This document shows, piece after piece, positions 41,225 through 52,800 of a DNA stretch of 64,000 bases (positions are counted from its first letter, which is position 1; each line of letters begins with the position of its first letter). This DNA is from Chloroflexota bacterium. GTDB taxonomy: Bacteria > Chloroflexota > Dormibacteria > DASZGP01. Under the pieces are notes generated by a model. That model ran no database searches and was not told where the DNA came from. It worked only from the letters and a program-made list of their open reading frames with translations. The stretch covers positions 6,285-70,284 of the forward strand of contig JAXDLW010000040.1 in the NCBI GenBank assembly GCA_034666405.1, written 5' to 3'. The position numbers and the translations under genes are program-made.

Positions 41225-44200
41225 TTGATAACGAAGGCATCGATCGGCCGCAGGTTGGCCGTGCTCGGGATCCCGGCGCTGGCCATATGCATGGGCGCGG
41301 GCGCTTCGCCCGTGACACCGCTCGCCCCGGCCGTCGCTGTGACACACGCAACCAGCCCGGTCGGAAGTGTCTGCACGCCGGGGAACGTCCCTGAACATGA
41401 TGCGATCACCCGGGCAGGTGGCTCCATCCTGTGCAAGCGCGTTGGCGGCCCCGAGTCCCAGATGGACATCGCCGCACTCAACAACCAGATCAGGCTTCGG
41501 GAGTCGGCTCCCTTCGCCACTGCCGCGGCGGGGGCGCGCGCTTCCGGCGTCGCCCAGAAGCGCGCGCTCCCGGGCCCCGGGACGATAGCCGGTTCCGGCG
41601 GCACCTGGACCCAGGCCGGCCCCAGCCCGTTGTGCGACGGCCACACCCTCGACAGCACCCTCTGTCCCCTGACGGACAACACCGTCATCGCCCCGCAGAC
41701 CCCCAGCAACGGCGACTACAGCCTGGCCCTGCTGGGGCACAAGACCCTCTCAGGCCGGATCACGGCGTTCGCGGCGGACCCGGCAAACGCCAGCCGCGTC
41801 TTTGCGGCACCGGCAGTCGGCGGCATCTTCGAGACCGTCGACGGTGGCGCGACCTGGCATTCGATCGCCGACGTGCTGCCGACGCAGGCGATGGGCGCGG
41901 TCGCCTATGACGCCCCCCTGCACCGGGTCTTTGCCGGCACCGGCGACAACTCGTTCGGGGGTGACGCGATCTCCGGGGTGGGCATCTTCTACTCGGACGA
42001 CGATGGCGGGACCTGGTTCCCCAGCACATCGACGAACAACGCTCTGCTCGACTCGGAGATCTTCCGGATCGTCCCCGATCCCAGCAACAACACCGGACAG
42101 GTGGTGTTCGCGGCGACGAGCCGGGGCCTCTTCCGCTCGGCCAACGGAGGTGCGACGTGGGTGAACACGAACCTGCCGACCAGCCCCGCCGGCTACACCG
42201 TGCCGGACCCGACCCAGGGCAACGCCCAGGTCCCGTGCACCGGCAACACGTCCGCCCCGCTCTGTTTCTTCGCCAACATCGTCACCGACGTCGTGGTCAA
42301 GGCAACGGCGTCGGAGAACGCCCCTGCGGGCTCGGTGATGGCGGTGGTGGGCTGGCGCGCCGGCAATCGAGCGAATACGAACCCGAATGGCTCCACCAAC
42401 ACGTCCTGCAAGCAGGGCGCCGCGGCGACGGCGTGCCTCCAGGCGCCGAGGAACGGGCTCTATGAGTCGAACACCGGTGCACCCGGCAGCTTTGCTTTCA
42501 AGACCCACAGCGGCGGGCCGACCGACTTCGCGGCGGACGCCAATGTCGGCCGCACCACCCTGGGGATCGCGGACGGGGCGGGGCAGAACAACGACGCCGT
42601 GTTCGCCCTCGTCCAGGACGCAGAGAAGTTCCAGCACTGCCTGACCGATCCATTCGTCTCCACCGTCCAGGTGTGCAGCGGCGACGCGGTGTCGCTGGGC
42701 GCGGCAACCGTTCTCGACGGGGCCTATGCCACCTATGACTTTGGCGCGTCGTGGACGAAGATCATGGACTTCTCCCAGCTCCACTTCGCGAGCGGTGCGC
42801 TGACCGGGATTCCCGGCTACTCGCCAGGAGTGCAGTCCTGGTACAACAACTGGATCAAGCCCGACCCCACGGTCAAGGATGGCAACGGCAACCCGACCCG
42901 CCTGCTGTTCGGCCTGGAGGAGATCTGGGAGAACAACCTCGCCGCGGCCGTGAATCCCCTCAGCACCCCATGGGTGGCGCAGGGCCCGGCAAATGGGCCG
43001 ACCGCTCCGTGGCGGGACATCGGGCGCTACTGGAATGACTGCGGTGGCCTCAACCAGACCGCGGGTCTGCAGTGCGACCTCAGTGGAAACCCGGGCCCGC
43101 CCGGGGGGACCACGACGCACCCTGACCAGCACGGTTTCCTGTTCGTACCGGACCCGACTGGCGGAGGGGTCACCTTCTTCGCCGGCAACGACGGGGGTGC
43201 CTACAAGCAGCACGTTGCCGCCGCGGCCGATTTCTCCAACGCCGAGTGGCACGACGGGATCAACACCGGCCTCTACACCCTGCAGCCCTATGACGCCGGC
43301 ATCGCCAAGGACGGCACCATCGTCGCCGGCCTGCAGGACAACGGCGAGATGAAGATTGCGCCCAACGGCGCCGAGGCCCACACGATCTTCGGCGGTGATG
43401 GCTTCATGACCACCATCGACCCGGGCAACAGCCAGAACATCATCGAGGAGTACACCTACGGCGCGGTGAACATGTCCCAGAATGGCGGCCGCGACTGGTG
43501 GGCCATAACCCCGGGGGCCTGCAACAGCAGCGAGGCCCAGTTCTCCACCGCGATCGAGCAGGACCCGACCAAGCCCGGGCATGTCCTGGTCGGTTGCACC
43601 CAGATCCAGGAGGGTGGCGGTGGGGCCGGCGGCGTGGCCAGCGTCTATGACAGCCCGTGCACGGTACCCCCCGGCGCAAGCTGGGCGACCTGCGGGCTCA
43701 ACGGCAGCCCGTTCGTGACCGTCTTCGACCTCGGCACTGCCGACGCGCCCGGCGTACCGGCCGATCGCAATGTCAACTGCAACATCAATAACTGCGTCTT
43801 CAACGTTCCCTCGGCCCTGGGGGTCCGCGGGGAGAACCAGTACGTCGGTTACTGCGGTTACTGCGACATCGTGACGGGGGGCGTGCCCTTCGCCAGCGGC
43901 ATCGCCACCAACGTCGGGGGCGGCAGCGCGGGTTCAGCACAGATCGGAAGCACGAGTGGGTGGCACATCGCCTCAATCCAATGCTCCAACTGCGGGACGG
44001 CCAACGGCAAGCTGCCCCAGCGCTATATCACCTCCGTCCAGCTCGACCCGGCCGACCCCAACACCGTCTACGTGACCGAGGGCGGGTATGGACGCCGCTG
44101 GATCCCGCCGGGCTCTTTGGGTGATGACGTGACCAACGTCGGCAGGGGCCATATCTTCGTCTCGCATGACCATGCCGAGCACTTCACCGACATCTCCGGC

Positions 44201-44614
44201 GATCCCGACGCCGGCGGCCTCCCCGACATCCCCGCCAACTGGTCGCTCATCCATGGCAACCAGCTCGTGGTCGCGACCGATGCCGGGGTCTTCACCTCCG
44301 CCGACACCAACGGCAACAGCTGGGGTGTCCTGGGCACCGGGCTGCCCAACGCCCCTGTCTTCACGATCCGCCTCCAGCCGGGCAACCCCGACCGCATGAT
44401 CGCCGCGACGTACGGCCGTGGCGTCCAGCAGTACAACTTCAACTCCGGGAGCAACCCGGTCAGCACCAACCCCACCAGCGGAGGCGGGGTGACCGTGCTG
44501 CCCAACACCGCGGCCCTGGCCCCCTACTCGCCGCTGGTGCCGACCGGGCTCGCGGTTGGAGTCGCGACGGGGCTGCTGTGGCGCAGGAGACGGACGGCCG
44601 CCCGCAACCCGTGA
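41225..44614 (+). CDS. large secreted BNR/Asp-box repeat protein (sortilin/Vps10- or GH74-like beta-propeller) with C-terminal membrane anchor
   Basis: About 1130 aa from the in-frame TTG at 41225, which yields a signal peptide (KASIGRRLAVLGIPALAICMGAGA). Multiple S/T-x-D-x-G-x-T/S-W Asp-box motifs (VDGGATWHS, SDDDGGTWF, SANGGATWV, DFGASWTKI, SQNGGRDWW). C-terminal hydrophobic helix followed by RRRR. Confidence 0.75.
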   Translation: MITKASIGRRLAVLGIPALAICMGAGASPVTPLAPAVAVTHATSPVGSVCTPGNVPEHDAITRAGGSILCKRVGGPESQMDIAALNNQIRLRESAPFATAAAGARASGVAQKRALPGPGTIAGSGGTWTQAGPSPLCDGHTLDSTLCPLTDNTVIAPQTPSNGDYSLALLGHKTLSGRITAFAADPANASRVFAAPAVGGIFETVDGGATWHSIADVLPTQAMGAVAYDAPLHRVFAGTGDNSFGGDAISGVGIFYSDDDGGTWFPSTSTNNALLDSEIFRIVPDPSNNTGQVVFAATSRGLFRSANGGATWVNTNLPTSPAGYTVPDPTQGNAQVPCTGNTSAPLCFFANIVTDVVVKATASENAPAGSVMAVVGWRAGNRANTNPNGSTNTSCKQGAAATACLQAPRNGLYESNTGAPGSFAFKTHSGGPTDFAADANVGRTTLGIADGAGQNNDAVFALVQDAEKFQHCLTDPFVSTVQVCSGDAVSLGAATVLDGAYATYDFGASWTKIMDFSQLHFASGALTGIPGYSPGVQSWYNNWIKPDPTVKDGNGNPTRLLFGLEEIWENNLAAAVNPLSTPWVAQGPANGPTAPWRDIGRYWNDCGGLNQTAGLQCDLSGNPGPPGGTTTHPDQHGFLFVPDPTGGGVTFFAGNDGGAYKQHVAAAADFSNAEWHDGINTGLYTLQPYDAGIAKDGTIVAGLQDNGEMKIAPNGAEAHTIFGGDGFMTTIDPGNSQNIIEEYTYGAVNMSQNGGRDWWAITPGACNSSEAQFSTAIEQDPTKPGHVLVGCTQIQEGGGGAGGVASVYDSPCTVPPGASWATCGLNGSPFVTVFDLGTADAPGVPADRNVNCNINNCVFNVPSALGVRGENQYVGYCGYCDIVTGGVPFASGIATNVGGGSAGSAQIGSTSGWHIASIQCSNCGTANGKLPQRYITSVQLDPADPNTVYVTEGGYGRRWIPPGSLGDDVTNVGRGHIFVSHDHAEHFTDISGDPDAGGLPDIPANWSLIHGNQLVVATDAGVFTSADTNGNSWGVLGTGLPNAPVFTIRLQPGNPDRMIAATYGRGVQQYNFNSGSNPVSTNPTSGGGVTVLPNTAALAPYSPLVPTGLAVGVATGLLWRRRRTAARNP

Positions 44615-44644
44615 TCCCTGCCGGCTCCCGAGGGGGGCCGGCGC

Positions 44645-46741
44645 ATGCCTACCAGGACATCGCCGGCCGCTGGCGCTGGTCCTGTCATTCAGAGCGGCGG
44701 GAGGATTCCCTTGGCGATTGACGCCGATGCTGCAGGTGAAGACCGGGAAACCGGCGGTTTCGGCGAGCGCCTGGGCGAGTTCCTGACCCGCCTGCGGAGC
44801 GGGGGCCTGCTGGCCTTCCTGGCCGCGACTCTCTTGGTGCTGGTGGTGCTCCTGGGCGTCGGGATCGCGTACGTGTACGGCAGCAGGGCCGAGGGCCAGA
44901 CCATCGCCGTGACCGAGGTCCAGAAGCTCGGCGACAACCAGCAGTTGACCAGCGCGACCATCCTCGAGGAGGACGCCTACGTGGTCGGCAGCTACTGCAG
45001 CCGCAAGCTGAAGGGCAACACCTGCCCGGGCTACCTCGTGGACTACCGGGCGGCCTTCGACCGTGCCTCGGGCACCCAGGCCCTGGTGGACAGCCTGGGC
45101 AAGAACCTCTCGGTGACAATCAACCACCAGCAGTTCAAGAGCTCGATGCGCTTCCTGATCCAGTTCATCCTGCCGTTGCTGATCCTGGCCGACCTCTTCG
45201 GGATGATCTTCCTGTCGCGCAGTGGCGCGAGCGGGATCTCGGACATCGTCGGCTTCGGCGGCATCGGCAAGCGACGCAAGCGCGAGCTGCTGGCCGGCAC
45301 GGGTGTGACCTTCGCCAACGTGGCGGGCGCGGACGAGGCGGTCACCGAGCTCGCCGAGGTCCGCGACTACCTGCGCGACCCGTCGAAATACGCGCGGATG
45401 AACGCGATGCCGCCGAAGGGCGTCCTCTTGCTGGGCCCTCCAGGGTGCGGCAAGACGCTGCTCGCGCGTGCCGTCGCCGGGGAGTCCAACGTTCCCTTCT
45501 TCTCGATGTCCGGCGCGGAGTTCGTCGAGTCGCTGGTGGGTGTCGGCGCCGCCCGCGTCCGGGACCTCTTCAAGCAGGCCCAGGAGTACGCGCCCGCCAT
45601 CATCTTCATCGACGAGCTGGACGCCGCCGGGCGCCGCCGCAACGTCGGCGGCGGCAGTGGTGGCACCGACGAGCGTGAGCAGACCCTGAACCAGATGCTG
45701 GTCGCCATGGACGGCTTCGAGGTCACCAGCGGCGTGGTCGTGATGGGGGCCACCAACCGTCCCGACATCCTCGACCCCGCGCTGCTGCGCCCGGGCCGCT
45801 TCGACCGCCACATAACCGTCGACGAGCCGGACCTCAAGGGCCGACGCCAGATCATCGCCCTCCACCTGGGCAAGCGCCCGATGGCCGACGATGTCGACCT
45901 CGACCTGCTGGCGCGGCGGACCCCGGGCTTCACCGGGGCCGACCTTGCCAACGTGGCGAACGAGGGCGCCCTGCTGGCCGTCCGCCACGGCGACAACATC
46001 GTCGCCATGCACCACCTGCTGGAGGCCATCCAGCGCGTCGTCTCCGGCCCGCAGCGCCGCGGGCATTTCATGGCCCCGGAGGAGCGCGAGCGCGTCGCGT
46101 ACCACGAGTCCGGCCACGCCGTGGTCGCCTCGGCGCTGGGCCTCGGCGAGCAGGTGCACCGGGTGTCGATCGTCGCCCGGGGTCGGGGTCTCGGCAACTC
46201 GGAGCTGGCACCCGACGCGGACCGGCTGCTGATGACCCGGAGCGACCTGGTCAACCAGATGACCATGACCATGGCCGGGCACGCGGCCGAGCAGGTCCGC
46301 TTCGACGAGCCGAGCACCGCCGCCGAGAGCGACATCGAGAAGGTGACCGAACTGGCCCGCCAGATGATCGGGCGCTACGGCATGTCGTCCGTGCTGGGCC
46401 TCGTCCGGCTGATCGGCAGGGATGCCGACATCTACCTTGGCGGCGAGTCGAGCATGATGACCACCCTGGCACCGGCCACCCTGGAGGAATTCGACGTCGA
46501 GGTGCGGCAGGCGGTCGAGATGGCCCACCAGAGGGCGATGCTGATCCTGCGCGAGCACCGCTCGGTGCTGGACAAGCTGGTCACCCGGCTGCTGGAGGTG
46601 GAGACCCTGGAGGGCCGCGACCTCGAGGTGATGATCGAGCCTGCCGGGCCACCGAGCAAGAAGACCCAGACGAACGGCGCGGCCGTGGCCAAACCCCGGG
46701 CCCGCCGGAAGGCGACCGCCGCGGAGGGCAGGGGGGCCTGA
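44645..46741 (+). CDS. ftsH: ATP-dependent zinc metalloprotease FtsH
   Basis: 698 aa. Two TM segments. AAA module ([17 protein letters not shown], Walker [13 protein letters not shown]). Zn-binding HESGHAVVA. Confidence 0.9.
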   Translation: MPTRTSPAAGAGPVIQSGGRIPLAIDADAAGEDRETGGFGERLGEFLTRLRSGGLLAFLAATLLVLVVLLGVGIAYVYGSRAEGQTIAVTEVQKLGDNQQLTSATILEEDAYVVGSYCSRKLKGNTCPGYLVDYRAAFDRASGTQALVDSLGKNLSVTINHQQFKSSMRFLIQFILPLLILADLFGMIFLSRSGASGISDIVGFGGIGKRRKRELLAGTGVTFANVAGADEAVTELAEVRDYLRDPSKYARMNAMPPKGVLLLGPPGCGKTLLARAVAGESNVPFFSMSGAEFVESLVGVGAARVRDLFKQAQEYAPAIIFIDELDAAGRRRNVGGGSGGTDEREQTLNQMLVAMDGFEVTSGVVVMGATNRPDILDPALLRPGRFDRHITVDEPDLKGRRQIIALHLGKRPMADDVDLDLLARRTPGFTGADLANVANEGALLAVRHGDNIVAMHHLLEAIQRVVSGPQRRGHFMAPEERERVAYHESGHAVVASALGLGEQVHRVSIVARGRGLGNSELAPDADRLLMTRSDLVNQMTMTMAGHAAEQVRFDEPSTAAESDIEKVTELARQMIGRYGMSSVLGLVRLIGRDADIYLGGESSMMTTLAPATLEEFDVEVRQAVEMAHQRAMLILREHRSVLDKLVTRLLEVETLEGRDLEVMIEPAGPPSKKTQTNGAAVAKPRARRKATAAEGRGA

Positions 46742-46742
46742 C

Positions 46743-49697
46743 ATGAGGCTCCGCGGTCGGGACACGGCCCGGCGGGCCGGCTCCCGGGTGCTCGCGGTTG
46801 CGGTGCCGCTGCAGTTGGCGCTACTCGCCCTTGGCCCGGTCGTACTCGCGGCGCCGCCGCTGCCCCTGCCCACGCCGCCCGGGATCCCGGGTTTGCCGAA
46901 TCCCTTCGTGCCGCCAATAGGCAACCAGGGCTCTGCTGTCGCGGCTTGCGGGTTCACACCACTGGGGGCAACCGAGGTTCGCAGCCTGTGGCAACGGTCC
47001 GACAGCGGTGGATCGCACTTTGGTATCGACCCGTCCAACCCGTGCCACCAGTTCCATACCGAGTGGCCCAACATCCTGCGCACGGACAGCAGCGGCCGGT
47101 TCTTTAGCAGCACGTTCACCGACAACTCGGGCACCAACTCATTCAGCCGTGGGCGCTTCGCCTACAGCCCGATCCTGGGGACCGGGGGCGGGCCCGCCTA
47201 TGTCTACGACCAGTCCGGCAACAACGGGGTCATCTACACCCCCGACGATGGCGCCAACTGGGAGCAGCGCATCGGCGGCCTGTACACCGCGGGCACCGGT
47301 CCGACCGGCGGCATAAGCGCCTTTGCCGTCGCGCCCGGGCGGCCCACCGTCGCCTACCTGGCTGGCAACACGGGCGGCCAGACGGTGATCTTCGCCACGA
47401 GCGACGGGGGAAACAACTGGCGGTTGGCGGGCCAGCCAGGACCGCCGGTTACCAGCCTCTCGGTCGACCCATCGGACCCGACGCACGTCGTCGCCGCGGC
47501 GGGCGGGCCGACCACCAACCTGGCGGCCGCCGGCCAGAGCAGCTACTACGAGTCACGTGACTCCGCGACCAACTGGACTGCCCAGCCGGCGCCGCCGGGT
47601 GAGCTGGCGCCCGTCGACCTGGTGATCGGCGGTGCCGGACGTCTCTACGCCCGCACCGGGCGCCCCGGCGGCGGTGGGCCGGCCAACAGCCCGCTTGCCG
47701 GGATCGCGACGCAGCGGTTCTGGCGGCTCAACCCGGGCGGGCAATGGAACGCCATCCCGGTGGGCAACGGCCTCGGGGTCGCGCAGGACACCACGATCGC
47801 GTACAACCCTGGCAACCCCAACGAGATGATGATTGCCGCCCCCGGGAGTGACTCCGGCGGAACCGGGGTGGCCATGGCGGGCAGCCTCGACGGGTTCAAC
47901 AGCTCCCGGTACGGCAGGGTCGCGATCCACACCTCGGGGACGGTGCAGAGCGTCGAGGTCCGCGGCGACCGCAACGGCCAGTTCTTCGTGATGGCCAAAC
48001 ATGGCGGGGTGGACCAGGTCTTCGCGCTGAAGGTGACGGCGCTCGCCCCACCACCGCAGGCCCAACCCGGTCCCTCCGGCTCGAACTTCGTCAATGCGAT
48101 CAAGGAGTGCCATCTGCACCAGCTCCAGGGCGCGCCCGGGACCCTGCCAGGGACGTTCCAAGCAGTCAACTACGTGTCGGCGTCGGTGGCCTTCGACGGC
48201 GTCGATCTCAACTACACCCACGACCAGCTCGACCGCGGAAAGATCTACCGCATGAACGCCCGAACGTGTCAGGAGGACAAGCCTCCCCTCACGGTCACCC
48301 GCAACGGCAAGCCTATGGCGATGTACTCGGTCACGTTTGATCCCCGCTATCGGTTCAACAACGGCGACGTCGGGGCGATCCTGGCCCGCGGAGGCACCGG
48401 GGCGGAGCACGACCCGGCGGTACAGGACCCGGACTGGGTCGCCATCTACGCCGTGGACCCATTGGGCGGACCGGTCGAGCTGGCGGCGACCATGGTCTGC
48501 GGCGCCTCCTTTGGCGATCACCAATGCTTTGTCCACGATCCCAACCTGCTCTCCTACGACCACTACCTCGACGCGATCTGGGCGTCCGTGCCGGGCCAGT
48601 ACGACGTCCCCCTGCGGGGCCTCGCGCGGTTGCCCGCGCACAAGGGTGACCCCCTGGTCCCGACGCCCACGTGCATGAGCACCTATCGCCTTCCCCCCAC
48701 CGACACCGACGGCGGCCTCACCACCTGGGAGCCGGGCGCCCAGGGCATCCTCTACGTCGCCTCGGAGGACGACAAGACCGTGTACAGGGTCAACAGCACG
48801 ACCTGTCAGACGCTCGACCAGTTCACCCATGACCAATACAGCGAGGACCCCCCGGTCGGCCACGCGAACGAGAACGACCAGATGGCCTGCGACGCGGTGA
48901 CCTTTGGCGAGGGCGCCCCGGGGGTGCCGGGCGGCACGGGCACATCGGTGCTCTGGATCCGCGACAACCGGTTGAACCTGGCCCGCGCGTACCCGATCAC
49001 CAAGGGGTTCTGCCCCTTCCCGGCGGACATCCGGCTGGACCATCCGCCCACCGCGGCGCGGCCCGGGGACACCGTCACCATATGCGCCATCCTCTCGGCG
49101 ACGACCGCGGGCAACCACGCGCCGATCGCCGGGCAGACCGTGCAGTTCGTGCTTGGCGGCACGAGCCTGGGCAGCGCGATCACAGACGCCGCCGGGCGGG
49201 CCTGCCTCACCACCGCGGTCCCGGCGCTGAACGGGACGATCGGCCTGGTCGCCAACTTCGCCGGGACCGAGGCCTTCCTGCCGGCGTCCGTGACCGGGGC
49301 GATCCGGGTGAGCCCGCTGCCGCCCAACCCGCCGCCGCCCCCGGCCCGCCTGCCCGCCCCGGCCCAGGCCCCGCCCCCGCAGCCGGCGCTGGTTCCGGCG
49401 CCACCGCCGTTGGTCCCCGCCCAGGCCGTCCAGGCCCAGGCGCAGGCCCAGGCCCAGGCCCAGGCCCAGGCACAGGCTCAGCCGGGGATCATGACCGAGC
49501 GGCAGAAGCAGGCACGCGTGTCGCTGGCCCGCATCGACGGCGCTCGCCACCAGGTCGACCTCGAGGCCACCCGCTACCGCACCGCCCTGATCGGGCAGGG
49601 CGCGGCCCTTTCGATGTTCGGGATCGGCCTGGTGCTGCGCCGTCGCAGCCTGCGCCGGAAGCGTCCAGCCCTGGCGAAGATCCGGGGTCGCCGCTAG
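46743..49697 (+). CDS. large secreted surface protein: BNR-like propeller region, Ig-like (Big) domain, Pro-rich linker, (QA)n repeat, C-terminal TM helix with Arg/Lys tail
   Basis: 984 aa. Signal peptide (VLAVAVPLQLALLALGPVVLAAP). Asp-box-like motifs (SDGGNNWRL, SRDSATNWTA). PPNPPPPPARLPAPAQAPPPQP linker. AQAVQAQAQAQAQAQAQAQAQAQ. Terminal ...ALSMFGIGLVLRRRSLRRKR. Confidence 0.7.
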   Translation: MRLRGRDTARRAGSRVLAVAVPLQLALLALGPVVLAAPPLPLPTPPGIPGLPNPFVPPIGNQGSAVAACGFTPLGATEVRSLWQRSDSGGSHFGIDPSNPCHQFHTEWPNILRTDSSGRFFSSTFTDNSGTNSFSRGRFAYSPILGTGGGPAYVYDQSGNNGVIYTPDDGANWEQRIGGLYTAGTGPTGGISAFAVAPGRPTVAYLAGNTGGQTVIFATSDGGNNWRLAGQPGPPVTSLSVDPSDPTHVVAAAGGPTTNLAAAGQSSYYESRDSATNWTAQPAPPGELAPVDLVIGGAGRLYARTGRPGGGGPANSPLAGIATQRFWRLNPGGQWNAIPVGNGLGVAQDTTIAYNPGNPNEMMIAAPGSDSGGTGVAMAGSLDGFNSSRYGRVAIHTSGTVQSVEVRGDRNGQFFVMAKHGGVDQVFALKVTALAPPPQAQPGPSGSNFVNAIKECHLHQLQGAPGTLPGTFQAVNYVSASVAFDGVDLNYTHDQLDRGKIYRMNARTCQEDKPPLTVTRNGKPMAMYSVTFDPRYRFNNGDVGAILARGGTGAEHDPAVQDPDWVAIYAVDPLGGPVELAATMVCGASFGDHQCFVHDPNLLSYDHYLDAIWASVPGQYDVPLRGLARLPAHKGDPLVPTPTCMSTYRLPPTDTDGGLTTWEPGAQGILYVASEDDKTVYRVNSTTCQTLDQFTHDQYSEDPPVGHANENDQMACDAVTFGEGAPGVPGGTGTSVLWIRDNRLNLARAYPITKGFCPFPADIRLDHPPTAARPGDTVTICAILSATTAGNHAPIAGQTVQFVLGGTSLGSAITDAAGRACLTTAVPALNGTIGLVANFAGTEAFLPASVTGAIRVSPLPPNPPPPPARLPAPAQAPPPQPALVPAPPPLVPAQAVQAQAQAQAQAQAQAQAQPGIMTERQKQARVSLARIDGARHQVDLEATRYRTALIGQGAALSMFGIGLVLRRRSLRRKRPALAKIRGRR
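49421..49488 (+). repeat. in-frame hexanucleotide tandem repeat (CAGGCN)x11, about 9 nearly perfect CAGGCC units, encoding (Gln-Ala)n
   Basis: Direct reading gives cag gcc gtc cag gcc cag gcg cag gcc cag gcc cag gcc cag gcc cag gca cag gct cag inside the CDS 46743..49697. Confidence 0.85.
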
Positions 49698-49852
49698 GCC
49701 TCGACGACCGCCCCGGCCCCATCCCCGCAGGATTCCGCCTTCACAGGAGTTGATATCTCTGCAGAGAGATAGAGCTGGCAGCGGGGTCAGGCGCCTGTCG
49801 CGACGGGGGTTCGCGGCGCCTGCAGTGCCGCACGGTACGAAGGAGCGGGAAG

Positions 49853-52800
49853 ATGCAGGGCTTGAAGACGACCATCCTGGGGCGGACTCGCGTGCGCCGC
49901 AGCTGTGCCATGGCCCTCGGCCTGGCCACCATGTCGAGCGCATTCGCGGGCACCGCGGTGTCTGCGGCCACCCCCGCCTCGGTCGCCGTCACATCGTTGA
50001 ACGGTGCCGCGCCGACCAGGATCAACAAGGTCAAGGGCTCGGGCTTCACCGTCACGGGGACCGCCACCGGGCTGCCCGCGCTGGACGCCGACGCGGGCCC
50101 CAGCCAGTACCTCAAGCAGGGCTCCACCAGGACCCTGTACGGCAACGCGTTCAACGCGGTCGCGCCGGCCAGTTACGCGTGGACGCTCGACGGTTCGGCG
50201 GCACCCTTCGCCGGCGCCACCACCCTCCGGCCAACGCTCGACACGACCGGCCTCACCGACGGCGTCCACGATGCGGCGCTGAAGGTGACTGACTCCCGGG
50301 GCCTGACCGTCACGCGGCACAGCAAGATGGTGACCTACCGCGTGCTCGGGCAGACGCTGGCCGAGCGGTCCGGGCAACTCAGCCCCTCCCCGGCGCTCCT
50401 CACGGGCACCCCGGTTGGCGATGTGCCGCCGAGCGCCCCTGTGAGAGTGCCGTTCACGGTGCCGGCCGGGACTGACTCGATAGACCTCACGCTGGACTAC
50501 GACCAACTCCAGGACCCGGCGGGCCTGGGCTTCGCCGCCGGCTCGATGAGCGTGACGGTCGAGGACCCGAGTGGTGCGCAGAACAACAACCAGGACGGCT
50601 CCAAGGGCGCCGCGGCCAACCCGGAGAAGATGCACATCGACAGGCCGGCGGCCGGACAGTGGTACGCCGATGTCACCGACTTCCTCAGCGCGCCGAACGC
50701 GAACTATCACCTGCTCGTCAGCTCGACCCTGACCACCGTGGCCAACCCGCTACCCCACATGGCCGCCGGGGGGCCTTACTCGTTCGCGCTCGGCACGCCG
50801 CAACAGCTGCAGGCCACCGCGTCCGGCGGGCGGGCGCCCCTCGCCGTCTCCTGGGACCTGACCCAGGAGGGCCATTTCGCCACGCTTGGCGCCGCACCCG
50901 TGACGAGCTTCGGGCTCGGTAGCCACCTCGTCACCGCGCGGGTCGTCGATGCGGCTGGTTTCGATACGCGCGACACCACGGCGGTTCGCGTCGTTTCGCC
51001 CGGGTCCGGTTCGGCTTCGAGCCCGATGGTGGTGGTGGCTCTGGCCGATACCGGCATCAACCCCTACCACCAGGACTTCGGTGCCGCCCTCTACCCGGAC
51101 AAGAGCATCCTGTCGCGCAGCAACAATTTCACCGCCGACCCCGCCACGTACATCCCTGGTTACCCCGTGGGCACGCCGTCACTCAACGTTCACCTCGGGA
51201 CATATGACCCGCCCTCCGACCAGCCCTTGTGGGACGTCAACGGCGCCACCCAGCTGAACACGCTCTACTGGATCCCCGGTACCAAGATCGTGGGCGCGAT
51301 GGATTCGGGCCTGAGCATCGGGGCCCCCGAGCCCGGGGCGCCGACCCCCGCGCCGGCGCGGATCCTCGACACCGCGGGCCACGGCACCGCATCCGCCAGT
51401 GTCATGGCCGGGAACGTCAACGGGACCTGCCCTCAGTGCCTGCTGGTGGCGATCAAGGGCCTCGGTGGCGAGACCTGGGCGTACACCCAGTCGTGGATCG
51501 ATATTGTCAGCAACTCCTATGGCGCCCTGGCCAATGTCGGGGAGGCCGGGACGGGGCTGCTGGGCGGCCCGACGTTCCCCCAGGCCTCGGCCGAACGCGG
51601 GCAGCTCGGCCTCTACGCGGCGGGCAACGGCAACGAGAACGCCTTCGTGACCCCCGAGCAGACCTACACGTCCAACGAGCTGGGCCCCGACTGGGTGATC
51701 CGCATCGGGGCTGTCGACCGCAGCGACAACCAGCCGTTCATCGGTACCGGCAAGCCGGTGAGCGCTTCGTCCTACGGGCTGGGGAACATCCCCGCGGCAG
51801 GGCATGACTCGACCAATGGCCAGGTCCAGCACAACGGCACCTCCGCGGCCACGCCACAGTCGGCCGGGGTCTTCGCGACGACCCTCGCCGCCGTCCGTGG
51901 GGCACTTGGCGACAGCGGCGTCGGTCAACGCGCGAACGCCGTGATCGCCACCGGCACCGCCGTCGCAGGGAGCCCCTATCTCGCAGACGGAAAGCTCACC
52001 CGCAGCGAGCTGGTGGAAGCGGTCCTCAAGACCGCTGAGACCGGCACCGAGAACACCTCGCTGCAGTTCCCGCCCACCGTGCCGGGCAACCCCTTCCAAT
52101 TCGCCATCGAGGGTTACGGCATCCTCAACGTCAACACGGGGCGCCTGGCTCAGAACGTGCTGATGGGGAACGCGGCCCTCCCGGCGAGGGTGAACGAGGA
52201 CCAGTTCATGAGCCTGGACGGCGACCTCCGAGATGCCCTGTGGGGAACGTGGAGCGGCGGTGGCGTCAACAGCGCCAACCCCAACCCCGAGCCGGACGCC
52301 GCGACCAACCCCTTCAAGGGTGTCCGGGCGGCGCAGGTCGCGAGCTTCCCCAGCGCGCTGAAACTGCTGCAGGCCGCATCCCCGCAGGGGGCCGCCGCCC
52401 AGGCCTCGCCGTCCCAGCCGACGGTCACCCTGGACAACCCGACCAACGGCCTCACCCTGGACCCCGGGTCGACGAGCCTGCCCGTCGCCGGCAAGGCAGC
52501 CTTCCCGGCATCCGCGTACACCGGGGCCGCAAACACCTTCTATCTACGACGCGACGCTTGCGGGGCCTCCCAGACCGGCAGCCAGGTGCCCTACCTCGCC
52601 CGCCAGCCCCAGCCGGCCCCCGCCCAGGCTGACGGCTGCGGCTCGCTCGCCGACCCGTTGGCACCAGGCTTCAGCGCCCTGGGCGCCCCGGTTGCGGACG
52701 ACTACGCGATGACCACATCCGACCTGCCCGCCGTGCTGGCCGGCAACCTCCCGGTCGCCGGCACCGTCTACCTCAACTCCACCAGCCCGTCGCCGGTCAC

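Noticed and set aside
44560-44614. LVPTG near the C-terminus of the 1147-aa BNR protein as a sortase LPXTG signal
   Set aside because: The residue order is L-V-P-T-G, not L-P-x-T-G or LAxTG. The other two anchored proteins lack anything similar. I treat it as part of a generic TM/Arg-tail anchor.
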